The position numbers were made by a program, and so were the translations under genes. The notes under the pieces are model-generated. The model made no database searches, had not been told where the DNA came from, and saw only the letters and a program-made list of their open reading frames with translations. Of a stretch of DNA of 64,000 bases, positions 1 through 8,181 are shown piece after piece. Numbering within the stretch: position 1 is the first letter of the stretch; each line of letters starts with the position of its first letter. The DNA is from a virus, in the IMG/VR virus record IMGVR_UViG_3300032235_001069, positions 21,693 through 85,692 of that record. One strand, 5' to 3'.

Positions 1-225
1 CTCTATAGACCTCTTTTCAATTAACTGATTTTGATTTTGCATTTCTTCATTATCAACTATAATAGAATAATAAATACCATTTTTACTCAATGATGATATT
101 TTTTGGAGAAAACCTTTTTTATTAGCATCTATTCCTTTTAGTGCGGATAATGCGTTATTAATTTTTAATTTAAAAAAATTTCCAAAAATATGAGCTAATT
201 CCCCATGTAAATAAATTTTAGTCAT
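1..225 (-). CDS. Tail assembly protein I-like, second paralog (runs off window start)
   Basis: Read manually: MTKIYLHGELAHIFG...ALKGIDANKKGF, parallel to the N-terminus of 218..829 (MTTVKIYGLLSKEFG...IAIDAVKNGF). Confidence 0.75.
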   Translation of the reverse strand, partial: MTKIYLHGELAHIFGNFFKLKINNALSALKGIDANKKGFLQKISSLSKNGIYYSIIVDNEEMQNQNQLIEKRSIE

Positions 226-829
226 AAATGTCTATTTTATTTCCCAAGGAGTAAAAATCAGCTTCCTCATTAAATGAAATATTAGTGGGATAGCTTTTTA
301 CGGATATCGCTAAAATTTTAGAAGCAGTTTTAAATCTACCATATCCAAAATCTACTATTGTTCCTTGTGAAGATATGTTTTGCATATTGTCGAAAATATA
401 ACTTTTTCCAGCAGCTTCTGAAGCGTAAGCTGCACCACCAATAGATTGATCTGGCAGTTTAGGTGGAGATGGAATTTTTATCATGGCGTATTGAGCCATC
501 GAAAAAGCGCTAGTTAAAAGCGACACTCCCAACATTGGCATGCCGAATGCAAAAGCCACTACTGCCGCTACAACTAAAACTGCCGTAACAACCCATTTCC
601 ATACTTTTCCACTTCCGCCAATTATCGGCAGTATGCATAAAGTTTTATTTTTTTTATCAATTTGAATGCAATAACTTAATTTATTTTTATTTAATTCGTT
701 TATTTTTTTTCTAAAACCATTCTTTACAGCATCAATCGCAATTAAAACGTCATTTATTCTTCCTAAATGAATTTTTATTGTTTCTCCAAATTCTTTTGAC
801 AACAAACCGTATATTTTTACAGTAGTCAC
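218..829 (-). CDS. Tail assembly protein I-like (lambda gpI family)
   Basis: Ubiquitin-like N-terminus, 'ILPIIGGSG' plus hydrophobic stretch, 'YIFDN..N...QG...GYGR'; L-K-I gene order. Confidence 0.75.
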   Translation of the reverse strand: MTTVKIYGLLSKEFGETIKIHLGRINDVLIAIDAVKNGFRKKINELNKNKLSYCIQIDKKNKTLCILPIIGGSGKVWKWVVTAVLVVAAVVAFAFGMPMLGVSLLTSAFSMAQYAMIKIPSPPKLPDQSIGGAAYASEAAGKSYIFDNMQNISSQGTIVDFGYGRFKTASKILAISVKSYPTNISFNEEADFYSLGNKIDIYD

Positions 830-1224
830 ACTAATTCCTTTAACCTTTGTATAGTATTTACATCATAATCTTTATATTGAGGTTCATAAATAAAAAATTT
901 CTCACTACATATTGAGTAAATTATGAAGGCCAAACAGCAATTTTCAGAAGTTTTTTCATCAAACTCGGATGGCTTTTCACTACCCACTAAATGACTATGA
1001 AAAACTGAAATAATTTTAAAATCATTTATAAACTCTAAATATTCATAAGGATCAATCATGAAATACATTTCTGGATTTTTTGATCTATTTTGCATTTTTC
1101 TATAAACAATTTCATTTTTATTATTTAATCCTATGAGAGCGCATAATTCTGCAAAAAGACTATATTCAGCTTCTTTTTTTAAAAAAGGCACTAAATCTTC
1201 AATTTTTGAAAAAATTTTATCCAT
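826..1224 (-). CDS. Tail assembly protein K-like, JAB/MPN domain
   Basis: E-x-C...HSH-x7-S-x2-D JAB motif (FHSHLVGSEKPSEFD); start moved to ATG 1224. Confidence 0.75.
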   Translation of the reverse strand: MDKIFSKIEDLVPFLKKEAEYSLFAELCALIGLNNKNEIVYRKMQNRSKNPEMYFMIDPYEYLEFINDFKIISVFHSHLVGSEKPSEFDEKTSENCCLAFIIYSICSEKFFIYEPQYKDYDVNTIQRLKELV

Positions 1225-1225
1225 G

Positions 1226-2257
1226 TTATTGATATTGAAATTTATCAGTACCTGGAAATCCGCCAAAGGGCATAATTCCATTTACTGTATCGGAATCGTT
1301 ATAGGCAATATAATTTAAAAATGAATTATATTGTGGTAATACAAATCTTTTTTTACAAGCTTTAATTGTTTTTGAGCATCCGTCTTTTTGCCAAAAATCG
1401 TAAGATTTATTTGGAGTAATAAATTTTGAAGACGTATGACTTTTTACGCATACAAAAAATGTCCTAGCTGGATCTTTAAAGCCATTTAAATCTATGTTTT
1501 CAACAAAAACTATATCACCATCCAAATATTGCTTATCTAAAGACCATTTAAATTTTTTAATCGTTTCATCATAAGTCCCATTAATAAATTGACCAACTGA
1601 ATCTTTTAAATGATTATTGGAAGTTGGCGCAACCGTAAAATCAACATCATTTTCTTGACATATTAAATCTCCTTGATATCCACAGCCAGCACCTCTATAT
1701 TGCCAATAGCAATATCTACCATAAATAGCCCTTGTTGCAGTTTCTAAACTTTGCAAATCGAAAGGCGTAATCAATTCAAATTGAATTATTTGTTTATTTT
1801 CGATTAATTTTTGCGATATCAGATATCTTTCTTGAGAAATATAAGCTAATGGATCTGGAGTTCCGAAAGGATTTTCTCCTTCATCAAAATTAACTGCATC
1901 CAAATGTTTTAAAAATAATCTAATTCTAACAAATTTACCGTTTCTAAAATCAGAATAGTCTCTTAAAATATTAGATATAGTATAATCAACGTTTGCCACA
2001 GTTACCTTTGGGCGAGGCAGTCTACCCATCAAGTTGGCCTCAAAACCTTCTACTTCAATTGCTGAAGCAAAATATTCATTACCATTCCAAACGATATTTT
2101 TTAAAAGATTGTTTGTTCCAGAATGAAATCGATAAGGCTCCTGTTCCACATCAAAATAGAGTTCATACAGCTCAAGAATAGCTGATGGCTCCAACTCAAT
2201 CAAAGATTTTCCGATTGTTTGCCTAGCTATTTTCCCTAATTCTTCTCTTGTTGCCAT
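1226..2257 (-). CDS. Minor tail protein L-like
   Basis: 'GFE....GRLPRPKVTVAN', 'CYWQYRGAGCGY', 'CSKTIKACKKRF', 'PFGGFPG' Fe-S cysteine pattern. Confidence 0.9.
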   Translation of the reverse strand: MATREELGKIARQTIGKSLIELEPSAILELYELYFDVEQEPYRFHSGTNNLLKNIVWNGNEYFASAIEVEGFEANLMGRLPRPKVTVANVDYTISNILRDYSDFRNGKFVRIRLFLKHLDAVNFDEGENPFGTPDPLAYISQERYLISQKLIENKQIIQFELITPFDLQSLETATRAIYGRYCYWQYRGAGCGYQGDLICQENDVDFTVAPTSNNHLKDSVGQFINGTYDETIKKFKWSLDKQYLDGDIVFVENIDLNGFKDPARTFFVCVKSHTSSKFITPNKSYDFWQKDGCSKTIKACKKRFVLPQYNSFLNYIAYNDSDTVNGIMPFGGFPGTDKFQYQ

Positions 2258-2310
2258 AGTTATTATAATTTTAAGATTGACTTTTTAACAGATGGTTTTA
2301 CACTCATTAT

Positions 2311-2838
2311 ATGGGTTTCAGGAGTAAATACGACTACAGTGGAGAAAGTCAAAAAATGGGGGAATCTGCCGAATGCATTTTCGAGGATTTGGCAAAACAA
2401 AAGAATTTAAATCCCGTTAGGGCGACAACAAAGCAACAAATTTCTCACATAGACTTCATTTTAACTGCAAAAAATAATTTAAAGTATCTAGTAGACGTTA
2501 AGGCGAGGAAGAAAAGCTCTAGAGGTGATAGTGGAGTAAGTGACGAATTAGTTTGGGTTGAATTCAAAAATGTCGCTGGAAATAAAGGGTGGCTATATGG
2601 AGCTGCCGATTATATCGCTTTCGAAAGAGAAAATGATTTTATTATAGTTTCAAGATTGAATTTAATTACTCTTTGCGACCGTTTAGTTAATAAGAATTCA
2701 AAAGCAACCACCTCAAAAGATGCCTTGTACAAGATTTATTCGCGAGCTGGTAGAAATGATGAAATTTCTATGATTAAAATGCAGGATATTTTGGATAATA
2801 TTAAAACTACAGTATGGAACAAATCTCAGCAAATTTAA
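2311..2838 (+). CDS. PD-(D/E)XK-family nuclease-like protein
   Basis: E...HIDF...VDVKARK motif, 'WVEFKNVAGNKGWLYG.ADYIAF'. Confidence 0.6.
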   Translation: MGFRSKYDYSGESQKMGESAECIFEDLAKQKNLNPVRATTKQQISHIDFILTAKNNLKYLVDVKARKKSSRGDSGVSDELVWVEFKNVAGNKGWLYGAADYIAFERENDFIIVSRLNLITLCDRLVNKNSKATTSKDALYKIYSRAGRNDEISMIKMQDILDNIKTTVWNKSQQI

Positions 2839-3077
2839 AAGTAATAGGTACAAATGGCTTATTGAAGGAATGGTTGGATAAAGAATTTAAAGCTAATTCT
2901 ATTGTCGCAAACGAAGTGAGTTGCATTTTATGTCAACTAGACGATGGAAATGAGATTTATTTCAACAAATCTCCTAAAATCGAACTTACTACCGAGGGTT
3001 TTACAATTGAAGGTCTTGCACAAATAGGCTATTCTATCGGCAACATTAAAGTACTCTTAACAAATATAAACAAATGA
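2814..3077 (+). CDS. Hypothetical protein
   Basis: ORF tightly packed in operon. Confidence 0.6.
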   Translation: MEQISANLKVIGTNGLLKEWLDKEFKANSIVANEVSCILCQLDDGNEIYFNKSPKIELTTEGFTIEGLAQIGYSIGNIKVLLTNINK

Positions 3078-4048
3078 AAGAAATGCTATCTTACAAAGAT
3101 GTAGTTTTAATCCCTAACTACTCTGAAGTAAAATCAAGAGACAACCTATCAACAGAAGTAGATTTTCTCGGAACAAAATTCAAATTGCCAGTTTTGCCAG
3201 CAAATATGGCATGCACAGTAAATTTTAAATGGGCGGAGACGCTTGGAAAACAAGGATATTTTTACATTTTGCATAGATTTTATGATTATTTTGGCAAGAG
3301 TGGAATTCGCGAATGGTTAATGGCTAAAAATAAATCAGGCTTTCCTTTAAGCATTAGTGTCGGAGTAAAAGATATTGATTATGATCTGCTGCAAGATCTG
3401 GCAGAAAATGATTACAATGTTCATTTTATTACTATTGATGTTGCTCACGGACATAGTTTGCAAGTAAAGAATGTTTGTAAATTTTTTCATCAACTTCCTT
3501 GGAAGATTAAACCAAAACTAATCGTTGGCAATGCTGGATCAGTTTCAGGAGCAAAAGACTTGATTGAATGGGGCGCAGATGCAATTAAAGTTGGACTTTC
3601 AATGGGTGCGGCTTGCACAACCTATAATAATACTGGTGTGGGTACGCCAATGTATTCGATCATTGCTGAAATCAAAGAAGCAATGGAAAACAAAATCATG
3701 CCAAAAGTTCCAATTATCGCTGATGGACAAGTAAGAGAAGTGGGAGATTCCTGTAAAGCCCTCCATGCTGGAGCAGATATGGTTATGGTTGGCGGTATGT
3801 TTGCGGCTTGCCATGACAGTGCGGCTCCTTTTAATGGAGACAAGAAAATCTTTTATGGTTCTGCTTCTGCAAGAAATAAAGGCGAAGACAAATATACCGA
3901 AGGAAGAGAAAGTTTAATTGATTTATCTCAAGATTCAGTAATCGATTTGTTAAAAAGATTCGAACAAGGAATTAAATCATCAATGTCATATGCTGGGGCA
4001 TCATCTCCATACGAATTGTGTAAAATGGAAGTAAGGAAAAGAGTATGA
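3074..4048 (+). CDS. guaC: GMP reductase (IMPDH/GMPR family)
   Basis: PANM, IDVAHGH, GADAIKVG..G.ACTT, IIADG, MVMVGGMFA, SSMSYAG motifs; no CBS domains. Confidence 0.85.
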   Translation: MKEMLSYKDVVLIPNYSEVKSRDNLSTEVDFLGTKFKLPVLPANMACTVNFKWAETLGKQGYFYILHRFYDYFGKSGIREWLMAKNKSGFPLSISVGVKDIDYDLLQDLAENDYNVHFITIDVAHGHSLQVKNVCKFFHQLPWKIKPKLIVGNAGSVSGAKDLIEWGADAIKVGLSMGAACTTYNNTGVGTPMYSIIAEIKEAMENKIMPKVPIIADGQVREVGDSCKALHAGADMVMVGGMFAACHDSAAPFNGDKKIFYGSASARNKGEDKYTEGRESLIDLSQDSVIDLLKRFEQGIKSSMSYAGASSPYELCKMEVRKRV

Positions 4049-4713
4049 CTCCCGAAACCAAAAACAAAATACAAAGAATTTTAAACTATATAGAATCTGG
4101 CTCGCAAAATGGAAATTATGCGGCCATTTCTCTATATAAGGATGGTCCCAATCAAATCAAACAAATTACATTCGGCAAAAGCCAAACAACAGAATGGGGC
4201 AATTTAAATAAATTAATATCCCTATATGTTCAAAAAGATGGCAAATTTGCAGATGAATTAAAGCCATATTTACAAAAGATCGGAAAAGTTTCAGTAGTAA
4301 ATGACGCAAATTTACTTTCCTTGTTAAAGGGCTCTGGTTCAGATCCAATCATGCAAGAATCTCAAGATGAATTTTTCGATGAACATTATTGGAAGCCTGC
4401 TGTAAAGTGGTTTGAGTCAAACAAATTTACTTTGCCACTTTCCATGCTTGTGATTTATGATTCTTTCATTCATTCTGGCAGTATTTTGAGCTTTTTAAGG
4501 AATAAATTTTCTGCTTCAATTCCTTCCAAGGGTGGAGGCGAAAGAGAATGGATTGTTTCTTACTTGAAAGTAAGACATGAATGGCTAAAAAATCATTCCA
4601 ATCCAATTCTTAGAAAAACAATTTACAGAACAAGAGACATGCTTGCAGCAGTAGAAAAAGAAAACTGGGATCTTAAGCAAGTTTATCACTGCAATGGCGA
4701 AAATATCGCTTGA
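4045..4713 (+). CDS. GH46 chitosanase-like (lysozyme-fold) protein, candidate endolysin
   Basis: N-terminal catalytic E (YIESG), 'ITFGKSQTT', 'QDEFFDEHYWKPA', 'YDSFIHSG'. Confidence 0.7.
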   Translation: MTPETKNKIQRILNYIESGSQNGNYAAISLYKDGPNQIKQITFGKSQTTEWGNLNKLISLYVQKDGKFADELKPYLQKIGKVSVVNDANLLSLLKGSGSDPIMQESQDEFFDEHYWKPAVKWFESNKFTLPLSMLVIYDSFIHSGSILSFLRNKFSASIPSKGGGEREWIVSYLKVRHEWLKNHSNPILRKTIYRTRDMLAAVEKENWDLKQVYHCNGENIA

Positions 4714-4758
4714 CTTTTGAAAACGCTAGATGTATTATCTGGCACATATACGAAATTT

Positions 4759-5025
4759 ATGAATGAAGAAATCCCTACAATCAGCGAAGCAATCAACAAA
4801 GCAAACTCAGCTCAAGTAGACTGCCTTTGGGCAATCTTGAAGTATAAGGAAATTGGTATCTTGCGCAAGATCAAGTGCATGGCCGAAGTTCTTAATTTTG
4901 ATCTGGATTTGGCCTGTAAGGAATTGCCAGTGAATGAAAACGGTTTTATTGTAGATTACAAGAGTCGCCATATGATTCACGACATTCTTCTAGGTAAGTC
5001 AAAGCAACTTGCAGGAAGAAACTAA
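4759..5025 (+). CDS. Hypothetical protein
   Basis: ORF downstream of TTGACT promoter-like site; start moved to ATG 4759. Confidence 0.6.
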   Translation: MNEEIPTISEAINKANSAQVDCLWAILKYKEIGILRKIKCMAEVLNFDLDLACKELPVNENGFIVDYKSRHMIHDILLGKSKQLAGRN

Positions 5026-5029
5026 AAAA

Positions 5030-5254
5030 ATGGAAGAAAAGTCAGTTCCTCAATTTGATGAGTTGGTTTCTGTAGTAAGTTACGAGATCCTTGATGGCAA
5101 GGACGAATATGTAACTTCGTACAGTGCCGATCTTAAAAAAAATACGAATGGTCGTCTTGATGGTCTAAAAATGGCTAAAGATACTCTGAGGTATCGTCCA
5201 GATTATAGACTTTATGAGGTCTATTCTAATGGGTATAGGAAACTGATTGATTAA
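5030..5254 (+). CDS. Hypothetical protein
   Basis: ORF in operon. Confidence 0.55.
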   Translation: MEEKSVPQFDELVSVVSYEILDGKDEYVTSYSADLKKNTNGRLDGLKMAKDTLRYRPDYRLYEVYSNGYRKLID

Positions 5255-5260
5255 TTTAAT

Positions 5261-5336
5261 CGCAGGTTGGACAAGAGGTCAAGTCGTTTGGCTCATAACC
5301 AAAAGATCGGGGGTTCAAATCCCTCACCTGCAACCA
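5261..5336 (+). tRNA. tRNA-Met(CAT), initiator-like (C1:A72 mismatch)
   Basis: Cloverleaf; anticodon arm TTTGG-CTCATAA-CCAAA; TTCAAAT T-loop; CCA end. Confidence 0.92.
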
Positions 5337-5340
5337 ATTT

Positions 5341-5500
5341 CGAGTAACCACAACCCCACTGGTAGTAGGGTGGGATGTAATTGGAATGTAGCATCCTGTA
5401 ACTCCTGCTCGAAAGCGACACCTGCCTCTCTGCGAATGTGGAGTGCATGGATCGGGAATACTCGGTCGAAGAGTGGTGCGACTAATCGGAGAGACGATTT
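5341..5500 (+). ncRNA. Putative structured ncRNA, copy 1 (family not recognised)
   Basis: Several stems; shares GCGACACCTGC...AGTGGTGYGAC...stem-GAGAGA-stem with copy 2. Confidence 0.6.
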
Positions 5501-5506
5501 TTAATT

Positions 5507-5656
5507 AGCTCGTCCACCATGTGTGGAAGGAGCAACGAGGTCACTATGTGACTTCAGCCTTGCGACACCTGCTAGTGGCTCCATGCCGCTAGGTTGAGTC
5601 TGCGCTTGTTAGTTGCGTGGACTAAATCAGTGGTGTGACACTGGGAGAGACTAGAC
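5507..5656 (+). ncRNA. Putative structured ncRNA, copy 2
   Basis: Same conserved boxes with different but pairing-compatible stems. Confidence 0.6.
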
Positions 5657-5665
5657 AATTTTAAT

Positions 5666-5750
5666 GGGTAGTTCGCATAGCGGCTATTGCAGGAGACTGT
5701 AAATTTCCCGACTTCGGTCATCGATGGTTCGAGTCCATCACTACCCACCA
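5666..5750 (+). tRNA. tRNA-Tyr(GTA)
   Basis: Cloverleaf with long variable arm, CTGTAAA loop, CCA. Confidence 0.95.
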
Positions 5751-5789
5751 TTTTAGAAAAAATATAGTAATTATTTACTATATATTAAT

Positions 5790-5864
5790 TCCTCTCTACC
5801 ATAACGGAAATGGAACGTCCTGTTAAGACGTAATATCTTGGTTCAAATCCAAGGGGAGGAGCCA
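5790..5864 (+). tRNA. tRNA-Asn(GTT)
   Basis: ACGTC-CTGTTAA-GACGT arm, GCCA end. Confidence 0.92.
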
Positions 5865-5929
5865 TCTTTTTAAGATTAATGGTAGAGCAAAAATGTCTCT
5901 ACCATTTAAATTGAGTGTATTCTGCAATA

Positions 5930-6274
5930 ATGAAAGAAAAACTTATTATTAAAAAATGCCCTCATCATGGCGATTCCGACTTTGTTTTAGAAAATAGAAA
6001 TGCATATAGATGCAAAAAATGTAGATCAGAATCAATAGCAAAAAAAAGAAAAATTATTAAACAAAAACTAATTAATATTTTTGGCGGCAAATGTACAATT
6101 TGCAATTATAATAAATGCGATTCAGCCTTAGAATTTCATCATCTAGATAGAAAAACAAAATCTTTTGAATTGAGTCAGCGAAATTACTATAGATCATTTG
6201 AAAGAATTTTAGAAGAAGCTAAAAAATGCATATTAGTTTGCGCAAATTGCCACAGAGAAATTGAAAATTTATAA
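5930..6274 (+). CDS. Free-standing HNH homing endonuclease
   Basis: CxxC...ALEFHH...KCILVCANCHRE; start moved to ATG 5930. Confidence 0.85.
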   Translation: MKEKLIIKKCPHHGDSDFVLENRNAYRCKKCRSESIAKKRKIIKQKLINIFGGKCTICNYNKCDSALEFHHLDRKTKSFELSQRNYYRSFERILEEAKKCILVCANCHREIENL

Positions 6275-6283
6275 AAATTTCTC

Positions 6284-6358
6284 GCCAACATAGTTTAGTG
6301 GTAGAGCAACGGTTTTGTAAACCGTCGGTCCTCGGTTCAATCCCGAGTGTTGGCTCCA
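6284..6358 (+). tRNA. tRNA-Thr(TGT)
   Basis: ACGGT-TTTGTAA-ACCGT arm, CCA. Confidence 0.95.
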
Positions 6359-6389
6359 CTTTAATCTCGGTGTAAATATATTACAACCT

Positions 6390-7016
6390 ATGGACAACTA
6401 CAGATTCATTCAAATCCTCCAAGAGCTAATCAATTCTCAAAATAATACGATTGGCACTCTAAACAACTTCCTACAAGAAGCTCAAAATAGTAATTATTCT
6501 TCATATTCAGAAGCTGATTACGGCAATCTACAAAACACAAATCGCGATTTGCAAAGCCAAATAGATAATTTAAATGGCACAATTGGCAATCTTCAATCAA
6601 GCTATCAGCAATTAGTTGATCAAATTAATTCTGGTTCTATTTCAAATAGCGCTCAAACTGACGCTTTACAAAGCTTGGTTTCCGCAATCACTGCAGAAAG
6701 AGATTCCTTGGCGCAACAGTTGCAATCTAAAGAAAGCGAAGCTAATCTATTGAGAAGTGACTTGCAATCAGTCTCGAATTCAATTTCAGATTCATCTAAC
6801 GCATTAAATAATTTGCAAAATCAAATCACTGATTTGAATAACAAATTAACAGAAGCCTACGATAATCTTAATGCTAAAAATGAAGAGCTTTTAGCTTCTG
6901 AAGAAAAAATTAGCAATTTAAATCAAACCTTAATTGCCGTTAAGAGAAAAATCAAAGAAGAACTTGATGAAGCTGAAGCTGACATCGAATCAGCTTTGGA
7001 CCAAATCAAAGGTTGA
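6390..7016 (+). CDS. Coiled-coil protein (Q/N/S-rich heptads)
   Basis: Long heptad periodicity; GTGTAA upstream. Confidence 0.7.
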   Translation: MDNYRFIQILQELINSQNNTIGTLNNFLQEAQNSNYSSYSEADYGNLQNTNRDLQSQIDNLNGTIGNLQSSYQQLVDQINSGSISNSAQTDALQSLVSAITAERDSLAQQLQSKESEANLLRSDLQSVSNSISDSSNALNNLQNQITDLNNKLTEAYDNLNAKNEELLASEEKISNLNQTLIAVKRKIKEELDEAEADIESALDQIKG

Positions 7017-7070
7017 ATCAAAAGATTCTTTGCTAAAATATTTAATTTGCTTAAGTTTTAGTTGTAGCAT

Positions 7071-7142
7071 CCACCGTTACCCAAATGGCTAAGGGAGCAG
7101 TCTGCAAAACTGCGAATGTTGGTTCGATTCCAACACGGTGGT
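7071..7142 (+). tRNA. tRNA-Cys(GCA), CCA not encoded
   Basis: GCAGT-CTGCAAA-ACTGC arm; acceptor CCACCGT/ACGGTGG, U73. Confidence 0.9.
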
Positions 7143-7163
7143 TTATTTTGTGTAAAATATTTT

Positions 7164-7367
7164 ATGGGTTTAGAAAAAGCAATTCTTCATGGTAAGGAAA
7201 AGAGAAAATCCTTTAGGAACTCTAAAGCATTTGACTACTCCTGTCGCAATCACGGTTCATGCCCTTGGTGTTTACATAATCGCACTCATTCTCATCGTAA
7301 AAATAAACTGATTTGTTTAGAAAAGATAAAAGAATTCAATAATGAGTGGAAGAATAGACAAGATTGA
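7164..7367 (+). CDS. Small basic protein with C-x2-HG-x-C-x2-C motif
   Basis: MGLEKAI.HGKEKRK...SCRNHGSCPWC; GTGTAA 8 nt upstream. Confidence 0.7.
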   Translation: MGLEKAILHGKEKRKSFRNSKAFDYSCRNHGSCPWCLHNRTHSHRKNKLICLEKIKEFNNEWKNRQD

Positions 7368-7752
7368 TTGGTGGCTTGAATTAGCGGATGTCGCTTCAAA
7401 GCGCAGCGAAGATCCTTATCACAAGGTTGGTGCAGTAGCAATTAGAGAAGACGGCTCAATTGCTGGCGTTAGCTACAATGGCGCACCACCTAAAATAGAA
7501 ATCGATTGGTCAGATCGAGAAAAAAGAAGACAATTTGTTATCCACGCAGAAACAAATTTATTAAGATACATTAAACCCCAAGAATGCCCAAATGTTGCGG
7601 TAACTTTAGCTCCTTGTTATGACTGCCTAAAGAATTTGGCATCTTATGGAGTTAAAAAAATTTATTTTAAATCCTACTACGATAAATGCGATAAATCAAT
7701 TTTAGCAAAAATGGCTCACATTTACAAAATAGAATTATATCACTGCGATTAA
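7342..7752 (+). CDS. dCMP deaminase
   Basis: RSEDP..KVGA, YNG, HAETN, PCYDC zinc motifs. Confidence 0.9.
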   Translation: MSGRIDKIDWWLELADVASKRSEDPYHKVGAVAIREDGSIAGVSYNGAPPKIEIDWSDREKRRQFVIHAETNLLRYIKPQECPNVAVTLAPCYDCLKNLASYGVKKIYFKSYYDKCDKSILAKMAHIYKIELYHCD

Positions 7753-7910
7753 TGAAAAGTATTTTATACCTTTGGTTTAAAGCTCTTGGAGAAAAAGCTC
7801 ATAAAGATCCTAAGATAGCTGATCGAGTTGCCATCATTAGGACAATAATTTTATTAATTTATTTAATCACAAACTTTGTGATTATTGCTGGCGTAATTCG
7901 CCACTGGTAA
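7752..7910 (+). CDS. Small membrane protein (52 aa, not in ORF track)
   Basis: MKSILYLWFKALGEKA...ADRVAIIRTIILLIYLITNFVIIAGVIRHW; start overlaps previous stop. Confidence 0.65.
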   Translation: MKSILYLWFKALGEKAHKDPKIADRVAIIRTIILLIYLITNFVIIAGVIRHW

Positions 7911-8132
7911 TTATATCAAACCAATCGCACCATCTTTACTAACATCGGACCATTTTACTTCTGTTGCGTCTGAAGCATTTGATTTCTTATCTTTTCTGAC
8001 TCTAAATTGGCGATAACAAACTGCTGCTCTTTGCTTTTGATCTTTAAAATCTTTGTTCATCGTGGGATCACCCATGCAATTTTGCATAAAGGAGTCTTCT
8101 TCTTGGTTCTTTTCGGGAGTTGGAAGCGGCAT
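7911..8132 (-). CDS. Small hypothetical protein (MPLP.P...F..C...QRAAVCY type)
   Basis: ORF with GTGTAA 9 nt upstream. Confidence 0.7.
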   Translation of the reverse strand: MPLPTPEKNQEEDSFMQNCMGDPTMNKDFKDQKQRAAVCYRQFRVRKDKKSNASDATEVKWSDVSKDGAIGLI

Positions 8133-8181
8133 ATTTAGTATTTACACTTGACTTTCAGAAAAAAGTCTATATTTTAGACAT

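Noticed and set aside
5247-5504. 85-aa ORF
   Set aside because: It overlaps tRNA-Met and the structured RNA, so it is likely spurious.
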